42,465 nt of DNA. Origin: Thraustochytrium aureum (taxonomy: Eukaryota). The notes below the pieces were generated by a model. That model searched no databases. It worked only from the letters and a program-made list of their open reading frames with translations, and was not told the DNA's origin. Numbering within the stretch: the first letter of the stretch is position 1; each line of letters starts with the position of its first letter. Location: the NCBI GenBank assembly GCA_012862495.1, contig BLSG01000289.1:12667-55131 (forward strand), in the 5' to 3' direction. Positions 1 through 9,994 of this stretch are shown here, piece after piece. A program made the position numbers and the translations under genes.

Positions 1-372
1 GGCGCCGCCAACTCCGCACCGCTCTCGGCGCTGTCGCGCGAGGTGGACGGTCCCAAGCTCACCGCCAACGACGCTGCGCGCGTGCTGAGCGAGCGCGAGC
101 AGCAGGACAGGGAGCTCAACGTGCGCGCCGAGTACCACCGCGAGACGGAGCGCGCGCTTGCGGAGATGCAGCAGCAGGAAAACCAACCGCAGCATGCCCA
201 ACAGAACAGCGAGCATAGCGCACCGTCGCATCCGGGGCACACTGCTGAACCGGTGGGCGGCTCCGGTGGGCTCTTTGACGCGCCGGCTTTCGAGGCGGGA
301 CCCGCGACTCAGAATGACGGCAACGCCGACCTACGCGCGCTTTTCGCTGCGACAGCGGGCGGGGACGAGTAA
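1..372 (+). CDS. 3' end of a hypothetical protein (5'-truncated by the window edge)
   Basis: Frame 1 is open from base 1 (GAANSAPLSALSREVDGPKLTAND...) to TAA at 370-372. Codons are GC3-rich and there is a helical E/Q/R-rich segment. Confidence 0.6.
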   Translation, partial: GAANSAPLSALSREVDGPKLTANDAARVLSEREQQDRELNVRAEYHRETERALAEMQQQENQPQHAQQNSEHSAPSHPGHTAEPVGGSGGLFDAPAFEAGPATQNDGNADLRALFAATAGGDE

Positions 373-397
373 ACGAAAGCGAAAAACGATTCCATTG

Positions 398-1183
398 TTA
401 ACGTTTACCGTGCGCAAACTTATTCCGTGCTGCTTCAATTCTTGCCTCTAGTTCAGCCATCTTCCCCGGGTTCTCTTGTTTCCATTTTTGAACGGAAGCA
501 GGAAGATCAACAATATGGCCAAGGAGTCGACCCTTGGCTCTCTCCATCTCTTCTTTGCTTGCACCGTCATTGTGTTCGCTGTCGACTGTATCTCCACGTA
601 CCCGGAGTCCCCCTACATCAATTTCGGGCTGTTCATTTTCTTCGAACACACCAGCACCGCTTGCACTGCTTGCGTTTCTACCAACGCTATTTCTGCGATT
701 GTAGTGACCCAGTCTGTTTATTGCTGCTATGTATGCAGGCGATTCACCTTGGTCTGGTGGGAAAGTTGGATAACTTTCTTCCTCCGGGCGTCCGCTTTGG
801 ATGGGACCCGTCTGGTTTGCAAGTCTTCGAAACTGTTCGACCCGCTCTGCCATTTCGCGTCGCCCCGCGGCGTCATGGTACCACAAAACTAAATTCGAAA
901 CACCGAGGATGAGTGACACCGCAGCTAACGCGAGCATGACAAGTGACACGGTATGCATTGTTTCGTCAAAGTAATCGTTGTATTCCCCGCTGACCGCCAG
1001 CCCGTTCACAAGCAACGCAAAACAAATACATGGGAAGGTAACCCACATGAGGTTGACGTACTCGCCAAAGGTTAGGAAAATGAGCGTGTTGATTACGTTT
1101 ACCGCGATGTAAATGACCCTGACCACGTCCAGCAATTCGGGTTCATCGCTACCGGGAGAGTTTGAAGCTGGAGAATCCGACAT
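398..1183 (-). CDS. Orphan membrane protein: 3 N-terminal TM helices and a charged C-terminal tail
   Basis: ATG at 1183 in CAAAATG context. Hydrophobic stretches VIYIAVNVINTLIFLTF, LMWVTFPCICFALLVNGLAV and VSLVMLALAAVSLILGVSNLVLWY. Confidence 0.75.
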   Translation of the reverse strand: MSDSPASNSPGSDEPELLDVVRVIYIAVNVINTLIFLTFGEYVNLMWVTFPCICFALLVNGLAVSGEYNDYFDETMHTVSLVMLALAAVSLILGVSNLVLWYHDAAGRREMAERVEQFRRLANQTGPIQSGRPEEESYPTFPPDQGESPAYIAAINRLGHYNRRNSVGRNASSASGAGVFEENEQPEIDVGGLRVRGDTVDSEHNDGASKEEMERAKGRLLGHIVDLPASVQKWKQENPGKMAELEARIEAARNKFAHGKR

Positions 1184-1340
1184 TTTGTATGCCCTGTTTC
1201 TTTGCACCGCGTACCAACTTAAACCCCCTCACACCCCGCGTCTTTCTCGTGCACCAAGTGTAATCGGTGCACAGGTTTTTTTTACAAGAGATTGAAGCGC
1301 GCGCGTTCAGGACAAGTTCAAAACAAACGAAAGAAACTGC

Positions 1341-2018
1341 TCAAATAAGGTTGGCGAGGTGCGCCCACGGTGACATGGCAGTGAACCAGCACCACACGGA
1401 AGAGCCCGTTACAAAGTTGCCCCCTGTGATGAGCGTGCTCAGTGCCAGCGCCGCGGCAACGATGAGCGTCAGCGAGAGACCGAATCTGTCGCGCAAAACG
1501 GCCAGAGGCAGCAGCACCTGGCACACGTGAACCGTCCAGAACACCAGGCTCGAGACGGTGCGCTGCGAGCTCCATGGCCACTCCATGTGGCAGTACAGCC
1601 CCGAGTCGCACTGCACTGGCGTGCAGGTCTCGCGCTGCGGGGCGTCGAGCACGAAGAACGGCACGGCAGCAGCGCAAAAAACCACGAGGTAGAGTAGCCC
1701 CATGGCACGGCCCGCTGCGCCGACGGGTGGAAGGCCGCGTCGCTTACGGTCAGCGGACGCCATGATCGCCGTGGCGAAAAGGAGCACGAGAGGCTGCGCG
1801 AAGGCCAACCAGAACGCGGCCCGGGTGGCGACGGCGTTTGCGCCGCTCTCGCAGGCCGTGTCGCGCCACATCGCGGCCTCAGCCAGCTGCATGCTTGCGA
1901 GCCAGGCGATGTAAAGCGCGAACCCGCGGTCGTAGAGCGCGCCGCGGCGAACGAGGAGAATGCATCCCGCCCAGGCCACGACCAGCGCGAACAGTGACGC
2001 TTCGAAGCTCCAGCACAT
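1341..2018 (-). CDS. Multi-pass membrane protein of the MCWS-type giant-virus family (DUF5765-like)
   Basis: Starts MCWSFEASL. Contains MQLAEAAMW, QP and a C-terminal GSSVWCW, with about 6-7 TM segments. Family assignment is from recalled motifs. Confidence 0.7.
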   Translation of the reverse strand: MCWSFEASLFALVVAWAGCILLVRRGALYDRGFALYIAWLASMQLAEAAMWRDTACESGANAVATRAAFWLAFAQPLVLLFATAIMASADRKRRGLPPVGAAGRAMGLLYLVVFCAAAVPFFVLDAPQRETCTPVQCDSGLYCHMEWPWSSQRTVSSLVFWTVHVCQVLLPLAVLRDRFGLSLTLIVAAALALSTLITGGNFVTGSSVWCWFTAMSPWAHLANLI

Positions 2019-2108
2019 CCCTTCCCGTTGATCGTGTGTGCAGGCGCATAGAAGTGCTTCCTTCGCGCAGAATTTTTTCAACACGCAATAACCTTCTCAC
2101 CGTGTCCG

Positions 2109-4176
2109 CTACAGGCAGTGCCGCTCAACGAGGTGGCGGAAAGTGGGTGGCATTTTGTCCGCACCCTGGTCGCGCATGGTCGCGAGCGCTTCTTCCATGT
2201 ACTTGCGCTCCCCGCCACGCAACTTTACGAACGGCGAGTTCGTACGCTCAAACGCATCCATGTCGCACGATGCACCGTACATGCCGAGGCCGCACTTGTG
2301 CATGAGCCAGTAGGGGCCATCGATCGCTGAAAAAAGGCCAATGGTCCTGTCGCGGTCCACCGGCGACATCCGCATGTACACGACCGCGGCGCACGCATTC
2401 ATGTACAAATAGTCCCATATGCCCGTTAGCACGATCGGTGGCGTTTTGCTCAGGCACTGCGGAAACCGCTTTGCATCGGTCTCATCGGCGCAACGCTCCA
2501 TGCCGTCCTTGAAGAGCTGGTGCCACGCCGCGGCAAAAGGCGACCCTGGCCGAGCGGCGATGAACCACCCCTCGATGCCAATGGTGTCCTCCTCAATGGG
2601 CTTGTCCATCGAGAAGCGGAAGCCAACGTGCTGCTTTCCGACCATGGCTGGCAGTAGCCAGTCGTCCAGGTTGCGGGTCATGATGATGCTGGCGTCGAGC
2701 CAAACACCACCAAACTCGCGCAGCGCGGCCAGTCGGACCATGTCGGCCTGGCGCGCGGGCAGGTCCAGAGAGTCAAAGTTACGGCACAGTTTACCGCCCA
2801 ACAGCTCCTTCGCTGACGCCTTGTTCAGTTTGCGGATGTTCCACCCGGACGCGTACTTTCGCCACGAGCGCATGCACATTTCAACGGCATCATTTGGCTC
2901 ACCGTCCCAGAAGGTCCAGATCGTTCGCGGCAGATCCTCCGCAGAACCCGAGTCCAATGTGGCGCCCATGAATTCCTCGACTGATTTCACACTGGCGTCC
3001 ACTTTGGCGTCGGCATCTTCATTACGTTTCTTGCGCAAAAGGTACTTAATGCCTCTCTCCGCTGCGTAAAGCACGCCGATAAGAAAAACAAGCAGCAGAA
3101 ACTTCCCTAGACGCCGCCACCAATTATTTCTCTGCTCAAAGGTGGGACCGGTTTGATGCACTCGCCTTGCTGGCGATGTGGTTTGACCGTGCGACTGCAT
3201 GTTCACCGTGGATACCGTCATGATGCCTTGCCACCACGTGTGCCGGCGCGTGGTGACCGTGTAACTGCCGACCAACCGTCCCACTGGCAACGTGAGCAAT
3301 AAAAAAACCAAAAGAAATGTAAAGACCATGGTTGCGAGTAGGTTGCCCAGCACGTACACCAGCGCCTGAAACGCGGTGGTCGACTTGAACAGTGCGTAGG
3401 CCACGTTAAAGGGATTCGAGAACAACCTGAAGTCGTAAACCATCAACGCGCCCTCGGGCACGGGCAACCCTCTCACGCCGGAGAAAAGCTCGAACTCGTC
3501 ATTTTCGGTGACTTGCTCGCTAAACTTCCAGTACACATTGATCTTGTTTGACTGCGTCATGCCCCTGCTCTTCAGCGCGCGGTCCAGCTCCTCCATGAAC
3601 TCTTTCACCGTGCCGAACACCAGGCTGCCCGCAACCACGACTGGCTCGCCGCGGTACAGTGCCACTTCAACATGGAGTCCGGTCGCGCCCATCGCCAGCT
3701 GCTCAGCAAGGTCCGCGCGCTGGAGAACGTTTGAACCGACGACCCAGCGGCGCGTCAGTGGCATGCTATAAATGGGGCTGCGGACCGATGCAGCCACGTG
3801 GCTCGCGGTAGCTGAACGAATGCAATGTGACGAGCGACTTGCCCGTGCGAATGACTTCGGTGGCAGCGTCAGGTGAAGCCGCCGCGATGAAAACTCTCCC
3901 AAACCCTTCCGCTCGCAGCTCTGGTGCGAGCGGCAGCTCGTCGCGGTTGTAGGCGTCGTTCCGGGACAGCGCGTTTGGCACCAACGGCGAGTACATCGCT
4001 GCAGCGGCGACGAGTAGAAGGAACAGAAAGGCGTTGATTGCACGCGACCTCAGGCCCCAGTGCATGCCAGGCATTTTCTTCAAAATGATGCGGCGCTGAA
4101 TTTCCACATTGAACAGCGTGATCAAGACCAGTGCCACGAGCCCAATGGCCACGGTGCCCGCGGGCGGGATCGACAT
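2109..4176 (-). CDS. Membrane-anchored glycosyltransferase (GT32/capsular polysaccharide synthesis type) with a degenerate PI-PLC-like N-terminal region; probably one gene frameshifted near 3810
   Basis: C-terminal domain LPRTIWTFWDG..CMRSWRKY..QADMVRLAALREFGGVWLDASII (DxD-like), preceded by TM helices. Joining ORF 3766-4182 to ORF 2109-4043 gives LHSFSY-ASHVAAS...QRADLAEQLAMGATGLHVEV. The alternative is two genes, with the second starting at 3764. Confidence 0.75.
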
Positions 4177-4300
4177 TATCACCCTCCTACCTAAACCCCA
4201 CTTACCCTACACTACCGGTAATGCAGGTGCACAGACGACATGGTTGAAAAGAAAAGAAAAGAAATCAATGTTTGGATTCGTATTACCGCTTCGTACCACC

Positions 4301-6709
4301 TCACATCACCGACCTAACCGCCGCGGTTTCGTTTGTGTCGCTCGTGTAGTCGCTGTCCGTTTCAGAGTCGTTCGTGCTTTCGCTGTCGCTGGCACTCGTG
4401 CTGGAGGAGTAGTCGTCGAGCTGCCACCGAAACTCGGCAAACTGGATCTCGTCGTCGGATTCGTCGTTGTCGCCAAGCGCCCAACCCGGCCTGTCCTGTG
4501 CGTTGTCAAAGTTCCGGCGGTCAACGCAGACTACTGCCACGCCCTCCGCGTTCTGCACCATCCCCTGGATGCGCGCCAGCGAACCGTCCGAACCAGGGTT
4601 GCCGGAGAGGTCGACCACGAACCGCCGGGCCGGGCTCGTCTCCGCCAGGTCGCGCATCGCGCACGCGAGCATGTTGAAGCCGTCGGCCTGGATCGCGTTG
4701 TCGGCCAGGCCCAGCCACTCGAGGCTGGAGCCACGGTGCAGTTGCTCCATGATGTGAACGGTGGTGGTGTAGTTGGAGCCCGTGTTGCGCAGGCCCAGGC
4801 GCGACAGAACGCATCCCTCCTGGGTGGTCAGCTCGGTGAAGCACTGCACGTGATTGCGGATCATGTTGTCCGAGAGCAGCAGTTCGGTCAGCGTGGGCGC
4901 GGCTCCGCCATGCTCCGCGCGATGGTAGTGCTCGAAGAGCGCCTCGTGAAGCACCTCGGCTGAATCGTTTCCGAGCAGAGTGTTGCTCAGCACGAGCCGA
5001 CGCAGGTTGAACTGCGGCGAGCTCGCCCAGCGGCTCAGTGCATCGAACCCAGCGTCGTTGACGTTCATGTGGCTCAGGTCCAGGTTGGTCAGGAACGGCG
5101 TCCACAGCCGCGTGGCCACGGTGCGCCCGAAGCGCAGCGAGCGAAAGTCCACGCAGCCCACCTTGAGCTCGCGCAGCGCAGGTGCACAAGGCATGCCGCA
5201 GTCGGTGCACGGGACGCGAGCGGCGATCTCCGCGAGCTCGGCCGCGTTGGTAGCGTCGAAGAGGTTGTTGCCCACGTCCAGGCGCTTGAGCGCGCGCATG
5301 TGGCGGAGGGCCCTGATCAGCGCAATCGCAGACGCGTGCGACAGCATGTTTCCATTAAGCGAGAGCTCCTTGATCGCGCCATGCGCAGCGAGGGATCGGT
5401 AGAACATGAGCATGTGCTCGGCGCAGACCAGCACGCGGTTTTCGAGGAGCAGCCGCTCCACGATCGGCAGGGTCTGCAGGCGCGCGATCTGCTCGCGCTC
5501 GAACGGCGTGCCCAGGAAGTTGTTGTGCAGCTCGAGGCGCTCGAGCTGCGGCGAAGCCTCCAGCGCCCGCGAAAGAGCCTCGCCGACCGTGCCGGTGAAG
5601 AGACAGTTGCCGAGGGCCATGGAGCGCATGCCGGCGATGCAAGGCGCGGCGGCCAGCGCGTTGAGCACGATCTGACCGGCGTTGCTACCCATCGGGTTGT
5701 GGTTGAACGAGACATGCCGCAGCGAGCGTGCCCCGCGCAAAAGCTCGCCCAGCGCGGGCGCCGATCTCCGGTCGATCCCNNNNNNNNNNNNNNNNNNNNN
5801 NNNNNNNNNNNNNNNNNNNNNNNNNNNNNNNNNNNNNNNNNNNNNNNNNNNNNNNNNNNNNNNNNNNNNNNNNNNNNNNNNNNNNNNNNNNNNNNNNNNN
5901 NNNNNNNNNNNNNNNNNNNNNNNNNNNNNNNNNNNNNNNNNNNNNNNNNNNNNNNNNNNNNNNNNNNNNNNNNNNNNNNNNNNNNNNNNNNNNNNNNNNN
6001 NNNNNNNNNNNNNNNNNNNNNNNNNNNNNCCCGAGTAGCGCGTGACGCGGTCGCTGAGGTCGCAGCAGCCGTTCCGGCAGATCGGCAGCGGCCGGACCTG
6101 AACGGCAAGGGACACCAGCGCCGGCAGCCTGCACACAGCCTGCGCGAGCTGTGTCGCGCTGCCCCAGAGCTGGTTGCGGGGCGCAGCGCCTCGCCTGCCA
6201 CCGTTCTCGTCAGAGTCGGCAAAGTGCGCCGCAGCCCGCAGCACGTTCAGGTTCTCCTCACTCGGGGCGATCTCGCGCTCCACCTCCATGGAGACCAGGC
6301 GAACGCTCCGCACGCAGCCGCCGGCGACGGGGCACTCTGCGAGAAAGCGCATGGCCAGCACGCTGCGCATGTCCACGATGGCCCTGCTCGGGTTATCGCG
6401 CAGGTGCATGACCACGGAAAGGTGCGCAGGTAGCGCCCCGTGCAGCAGTCTGCCGAGCAGCACCGTGAGCTCCTCGTCCATGGGCAGCGGCTGGTCGGCG
6501 GGCGTCACGAAGGCGGCCACCAGCCGCAGCACGTCGACGGGCAGTGCGGCCAGGCGCGCGTCCGCCCTGACGCGGACGGCGAAACCTCGCTTGGCGCGCT
6601 TGGAGGCTCTGTGGAAGACCAGACCCTGGTGGCACCGCGAGCCCGCTGCGGGCTGCGGCAGCTGTTGCGTGGGCGACAGCTGCCTCTTGCCGACGCGCTG
6701 ACGCTGCAT
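4301..6709 (-). CDS. F-box-like plus leucine-rich-repeat (RNI-like) protein
   Basis: LAALPVDVLRLVAAFV is F-box-like. Repeated LRR units LRHVSFNHN, LERLELHNN, IKELSLNGN, LKRLDVGNN, LTNLDLSHM, LRRLVLSNT, LTELLLSDN and LEWLGLADN, then an acidic S/T tail. Frame is preserved across the gap at 5780-6029. Confidence 0.85.
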   Translation of the reverse strand: MQRQRVGKRQLSPTQQLPQPAAGSRCHQGLVFHRASKRAKRGFAVRVRADARLAALPVDVLRLVAAFVTPADQPLPMDEELTVLLGRLLHGALPAHLSVVMHLRDNPSRAIVDMRSVLAMRFLAECPVAGGCVRSVRLVSMEVEREIAPSEENLNVLRAAAHFADSDENGGRRGAAPRNQLWGSATQLAQAVCRLPALVSLAVQVRPLPICRNGCCDLSDRVTRYSXXXXXXXXXXXXXXXXXXXXXXXXXXXXXXXXXXXXXXXXXXXXXXXXXXXXXXXXXXXXXXXXXXXXXXXXXXXXXXXXXXXXGIDRRSAPALGELLRGARSLRHVSFNHNPMGSNAGQIVLNALAAAPCIAGMRSMALGNCLFTGTVGEALSRALEASPQLERLELHNNFLGTPFEREQIARLQTLPIVERLLLENRVLVCAEHMLMFYRSLAAHGAIKELSLNGNMLSHASAIALIRALRHMRALKRLDVGNNLFDATNAAELAEIAARVPCTDCGMPCAPALRELKVGCVDFRSLRFGRTVATRLWTPFLTNLDLSHMNVNDAGFDALSRWASSPQFNLRRLVLSNTLLGNDSAEVLHEALFEHYHRAEHGGAAPTLTELLLSDNMIRNHVQCFTELTTQEGCVLSRLGLRNTGSNYTTTVHIMEQLHRGSSLEWLGLADNAIQADGFNMLACAMRDLAETSPARRFVVDLSGNPGSDGSLARIQGMVQNAEGVAVVCVDRRNFDNAQDRPGWALGDNDESDDEIQFAEFRWQLDDYSSSTSASDSESTNDSETDSDYTSDTNETAAVRSVM

Positions 6710-7150
6710 CCTTTGCTTGGCTGGTCGTCCGGTAGGGCGAGTGAACGTCAAGCGGCTGCGCGGATTGGGCGTGTTGGGCGTTTGCCGCAACCCTGTTGCG
6801 GGCTACGTCGAGCATGCTGGGACCGGCAGCCTATGCACCGGTCCCTTGCCATTTCCCCTCGTTCCTGCGACTCGACCCTGCGGCTCTGCGGTTCGGCCCT
6901 TCTCGTCCGTTCGAACTGGCGCCACCATCGTGGTCCTCCTTCCTCCTTCCAAAGGAAACAGTTGCACCATTTGCGTCCGACCCGAATCTCCTCTCTCAAG
7001 ACGATGACGAAAGTTGGCTGACGAACGAATGCGTTTCTTCCCATGCGCGTCGAAGGTGTGCACCATCCACAATCGTCCTTGCGTGCTGGCGACCCGGGAG
7101 GACGATGCTGCTCGAGTCGCGCGCGCGCGCGCCTTCGCTCAGGCCTTCGC

Positions 7151-7764
7151 TCAAAACAGCCCCTTGAAGATCGACTCCGGCTTGGTTGGCATCGGGACCT
7201 CGGGCACGCCGAGGCGCGCACGCGCACCGTTGTTGAACTGGTGCTGGAGCTCTCCCTCGGTGGAGAACATGAACGACTTGCCGAAGAAGTAAAAAAACAC
7301 CTGGAACGAAGCAAGGAGCAGGACGGTGCTGAACGAGTCCACCGTGACCGCGCTCAGCTCCCCACCGAACACGACGACCGAGTGCTTTCGCTCTTTCGTC
7401 CAGCGCAACTTGTTGTAAGCGAGGTAGAGCACCATGAGGAGAATAACTACGAAAAAGCCCATCGACGCAAGTGCGTACGCGTTGTTGGCGTCGATCAGAG
7501 CTCGCTCCTCAATCGCGTTGGCGTAGAGGAAGGACTTTGCGCTGCGCGAAGTGATATCGGCGATCGCGTCGTTAGACGCTGCAACGTTTACGAAGGATGG
7601 GGTCCGTGTGACGAACTGCGTTATCGCGTCACGCGTCTGTGGCGTGACGAGCAGCGTGTAGAAGAGCATTTCGAACACCGACATGATGATGGAGGTTAGC
7701 AAGATGCCGAAGAACCCTCTGATCAACCGTGGCTGCTGGAAGAATGGGATGCTTGGGTCCACGG
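7151..7764 (-). CDS. 3-TM membrane protein (start probably inside the gap at 7765-7874)
   Basis: TMs FFGILLTSIIMSVFEMLFYTLLV, ALASMGFFVVILLMVLYLAY and FSTVLLLASFQVFFYFFG. Confidence 0.75.
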
Positions 7765-8014
7765 NNNNNNNNNNNNNNNNNNNNNNNNNNNNNNNNNNNN
7801 NNNNNNNNNNNNNNNNNNNNNNNNNNNNNNNNNNNNNNNNNNNNNNNNNNNNNNNNNNNNNNNNNNNNNNNNNNCGAATGCATCGTGGCTATTCTGAGCT
7901 TGCTCATCGGCTCGAATGTCAGCTCGATCGTTAGCTCGCCCGCTAGGTAGCAACGTGAGCTTGAAAAATATTCGCGTTAGAGCTGCTGGCACAGGGCTCG
8001 ACCTACTAGGTTTG

Positions 8015-8620
8015 ATGGTGGAGATCCACAGCGACAGCGCTCGCGGGGGCGCGGGTCTCATGTCGGTAAACAAGGGCGAAAATGTTGGCGGAGGCGGGAT
8101 TAGGGGACTCATCTCGCGCGCATATGGTTCGTTCAACGTGCTAGTGATTTTGCTGAACGTGACAGTGTTTGTGTGCGTGCAGACCGTCTTTTTCTGGGAG
8201 ATAGCGAGCAAGTCCATCGAAACCGAGGCCTACCGAAAGGGCAAGTACTTTGGGATGGTGGCCGAGTACACCGAAGAAGGCCGGGATGCGTTGATCGAAG
8301 AGCTCAGCAGCAAGGAAAACATGGAGGACCTGCCGCGGCGAGCGGCCCTGGCCCGCGACCAGCGCGGCGTTTTCAACCGCGAAAGGCTTCACGCCCAGGT
8401 GGCGCCGGTAGTCGCGGCCCTGGTGTTCTCGGTGCTGCTCACGTTGGCGTGGATACTCGTCACGCGCCCCCAAATCTACGCCGTGGACTGGTTCGTTCTC
8501 TTATTCGTGCTCGCAGCCTTCTCAACTGAGATGGTCTTTTACTTCACCGTCGTTAACCGCACCGTCTTCATGGGCACGGACGAGGCGCTCTACATTGTTT
8601 CAGAGCAACAGGACGCTTGA
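8015..8620 (+). CDS. 3-TM membrane protein, probable distant paralog of the divergent neighbour (start 8015 or 8060)
   Basis: TMs VLVILLNVTVFVCVQTVFFW, VAPVVAALVFSVLLTLAWILV and WFVLLFVLAAFSTEMVFYFTVV. Confidence 0.75.
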   Translation: MVEIHSDSARGGAGLMSVNKGENVGGGGIRGLISRAYGSFNVLVILLNVTVFVCVQTVFFWEIASKSIETEAYRKGKYFGMVAEYTEEGRDALIEELSSKENMEDLPRRAALARDQRGVFNRERLHAQVAPVVAALVFSVLLTLAWILVTRPQIYAVDWFVLLFVLAAFSTEMVFYFTVVNRTVFMGTDEALYIVSEQQDA

Positions 8621-8779
8621 TTGATTTCAATTGATTTGAACACACTTCGCGACGAATTCACACCCGAAGCGCCATAGAAAGAACAGCGCGCGAAGTTTAA
8701 GTTTTCGTGAACAACGAAGGTGACTCGCCAGACGCGCCCTCACAACCCTGTCGAGCGCCCTCACATGCCGCGCTTTTCC

Positions 8780-9265
8780 TCACATGACTTTGACCAAGTC
8801 TTGAACGATCATTTCCGTAAACAACGGATAGCAATTCTTCAGATGCATCCTCACATCAAAATTCGCGTTTACATGTATTGGGATCATTATATTGAATCTC
8901 ACGGGAACTGCATGAACAGGTGCACCCTCCGTTACATACGTTGACGTTATCTTATCTTGACNNNNNNNNNNNNNNNNNNNNNNNNNNNNNNNNNNNNNNN
9001 NNNNNNNNNNNNNNNNNNNNNNNNNNNNNNNNNNNNNNNNNNNNNNNNNNNNNNNNNNNNNNNNNNNNNNNNNNNNNNNNNNNNNNNNNNNNNNNNNNNN
9101 NNNNNNNNNNNNNNNNNNNNNNNNNNNNNNNNNNNNNNNNNNNNNNNNNNNNNNNNNNNNNNNNNNNNNNNNNNNNNNNNNNNNNNNNNNNNNNNNNNNN
9201 NNNNNNNNNNNNNNNNNNNNNNNNNNNNNNNGTCTAACCCCGTCGAACTTGTTCTTTCGTTCCAC
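8780..9265 (-). CDS. Hypothetical protein, mostly hidden by the gap at 8962-9231
   Basis: The ORF track shows one frame on both sides of the gap. The region is locally AT-richer and has no recognisable motif. Confidence 0.3.
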   Translation of the reverse strand: MERKNKFDGVRXXXXXXXXXXXXXXXXXXXXXXXXXXXXXXXXXXXXXXXXXXXXXXXXXXXXXXXXXXXXXXXXXXXXXXXXXXXXXXXXXXXXXXXXXXXQDKITSTYVTEGAPVHAVPVRFNIMIPIHVNANFDVRMHLKNCYPLFTEMIVQDLVKVM

Positions 9266-9367
9266 AGCCCAGTTTCAAAGCGCCATTCGAGGGCTGATTG
9301 GGCTTGGTCGATGTAGAAAAATCTCTTTGAAATACTACGTGGTTGCGCGTGCGCGGCTGGCAGCGAG

Positions 9368-9862
9368 ATGTGGCTCAGGGAAGACGACACCGACTCAGAC
9401 TCTGACGACGAAGAAGTTCACCGCGCGCACAACCTGCACCGGCCGCGGCAGTCCGAGTTTTATCACCGCAACAAGGATCGCCTCTTGGCAGCGCAAAATG
9501 CGATCGGCAACCTCGGTATGTTCGTTCTCGCCTCCATCATCTCGCTCTCGCTGTACATCAACGCCGAGGAGGGGCGCTTCCCCTTCAACGTGAGCCCGGT
9601 CGCGCGCTTCGCCTACTCGCGGTACTACGCCGGAAATGCGCCGCTGGCCATGGTTTTCGTGGGCCTGCTTGGCATTGTGTGGACGCAGGCGCGGCGGCGG
9701 GCCACCAGCGCTGTGCAGGACGGGCTCTACAATGGCGTGACGCTGGTGCTGCGCAATACGAACTACTTTGACGAAGTGCGCCCAAAGGAACCGCGGTGTT
9801 TGCGAGAGCGCGAGCGCAGTAGCGAGCAGAGTAGCGAGCGCAGTAGCGAGCGCGAGGCATGA
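9368..9862 (+). CDS. Small 2-TM membrane protein
   Basis: Acidic N-terminus, TMs LGMFVLASIISLSLYI and LAMVFVGLLGIVW, and C-terminal SSE(R/Q) repeats. Confidence 0.7.
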   Translation: MWLREDDTDSDSDDEEVHRAHNLHRPRQSEFYHRNKDRLLAAQNAIGNLGMFVLASIISLSLYINAEEGRFPFNVSPVARFAYSRYYAGNAPLAMVFVGLLGIVWTQARRRATSAVQDGLYNGVTLVLRNTNYFDEVRPKEPRCLRERERSSEQSSERSSEREA

Positions 9863-9994
9863 CGAGAATCAGTTTTTTTTCCTTTGAAGTTAGAACAATC
9901 CATGTTGTTGTGGGGAAACTACCCTGCGCGACGAGCGACTAGCGCGCGCACGCGTTTCCCATCAAAAGAGCGAGACCAGCGACGCGTGCGGTAA

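Noticed and set aside
1249..1272. Hairpin GTGCACC-N10-GGTGCAC followed by a T run, as a terminator
   Set aside because: The stem is only 7 bp, and I did not see comparable hairpins after other genes.
1341..2018. Viral rhodopsin
   Set aside because: It is multi-TM, but there is no retinal-binding lysine motif (DxxxK) in the last helix.
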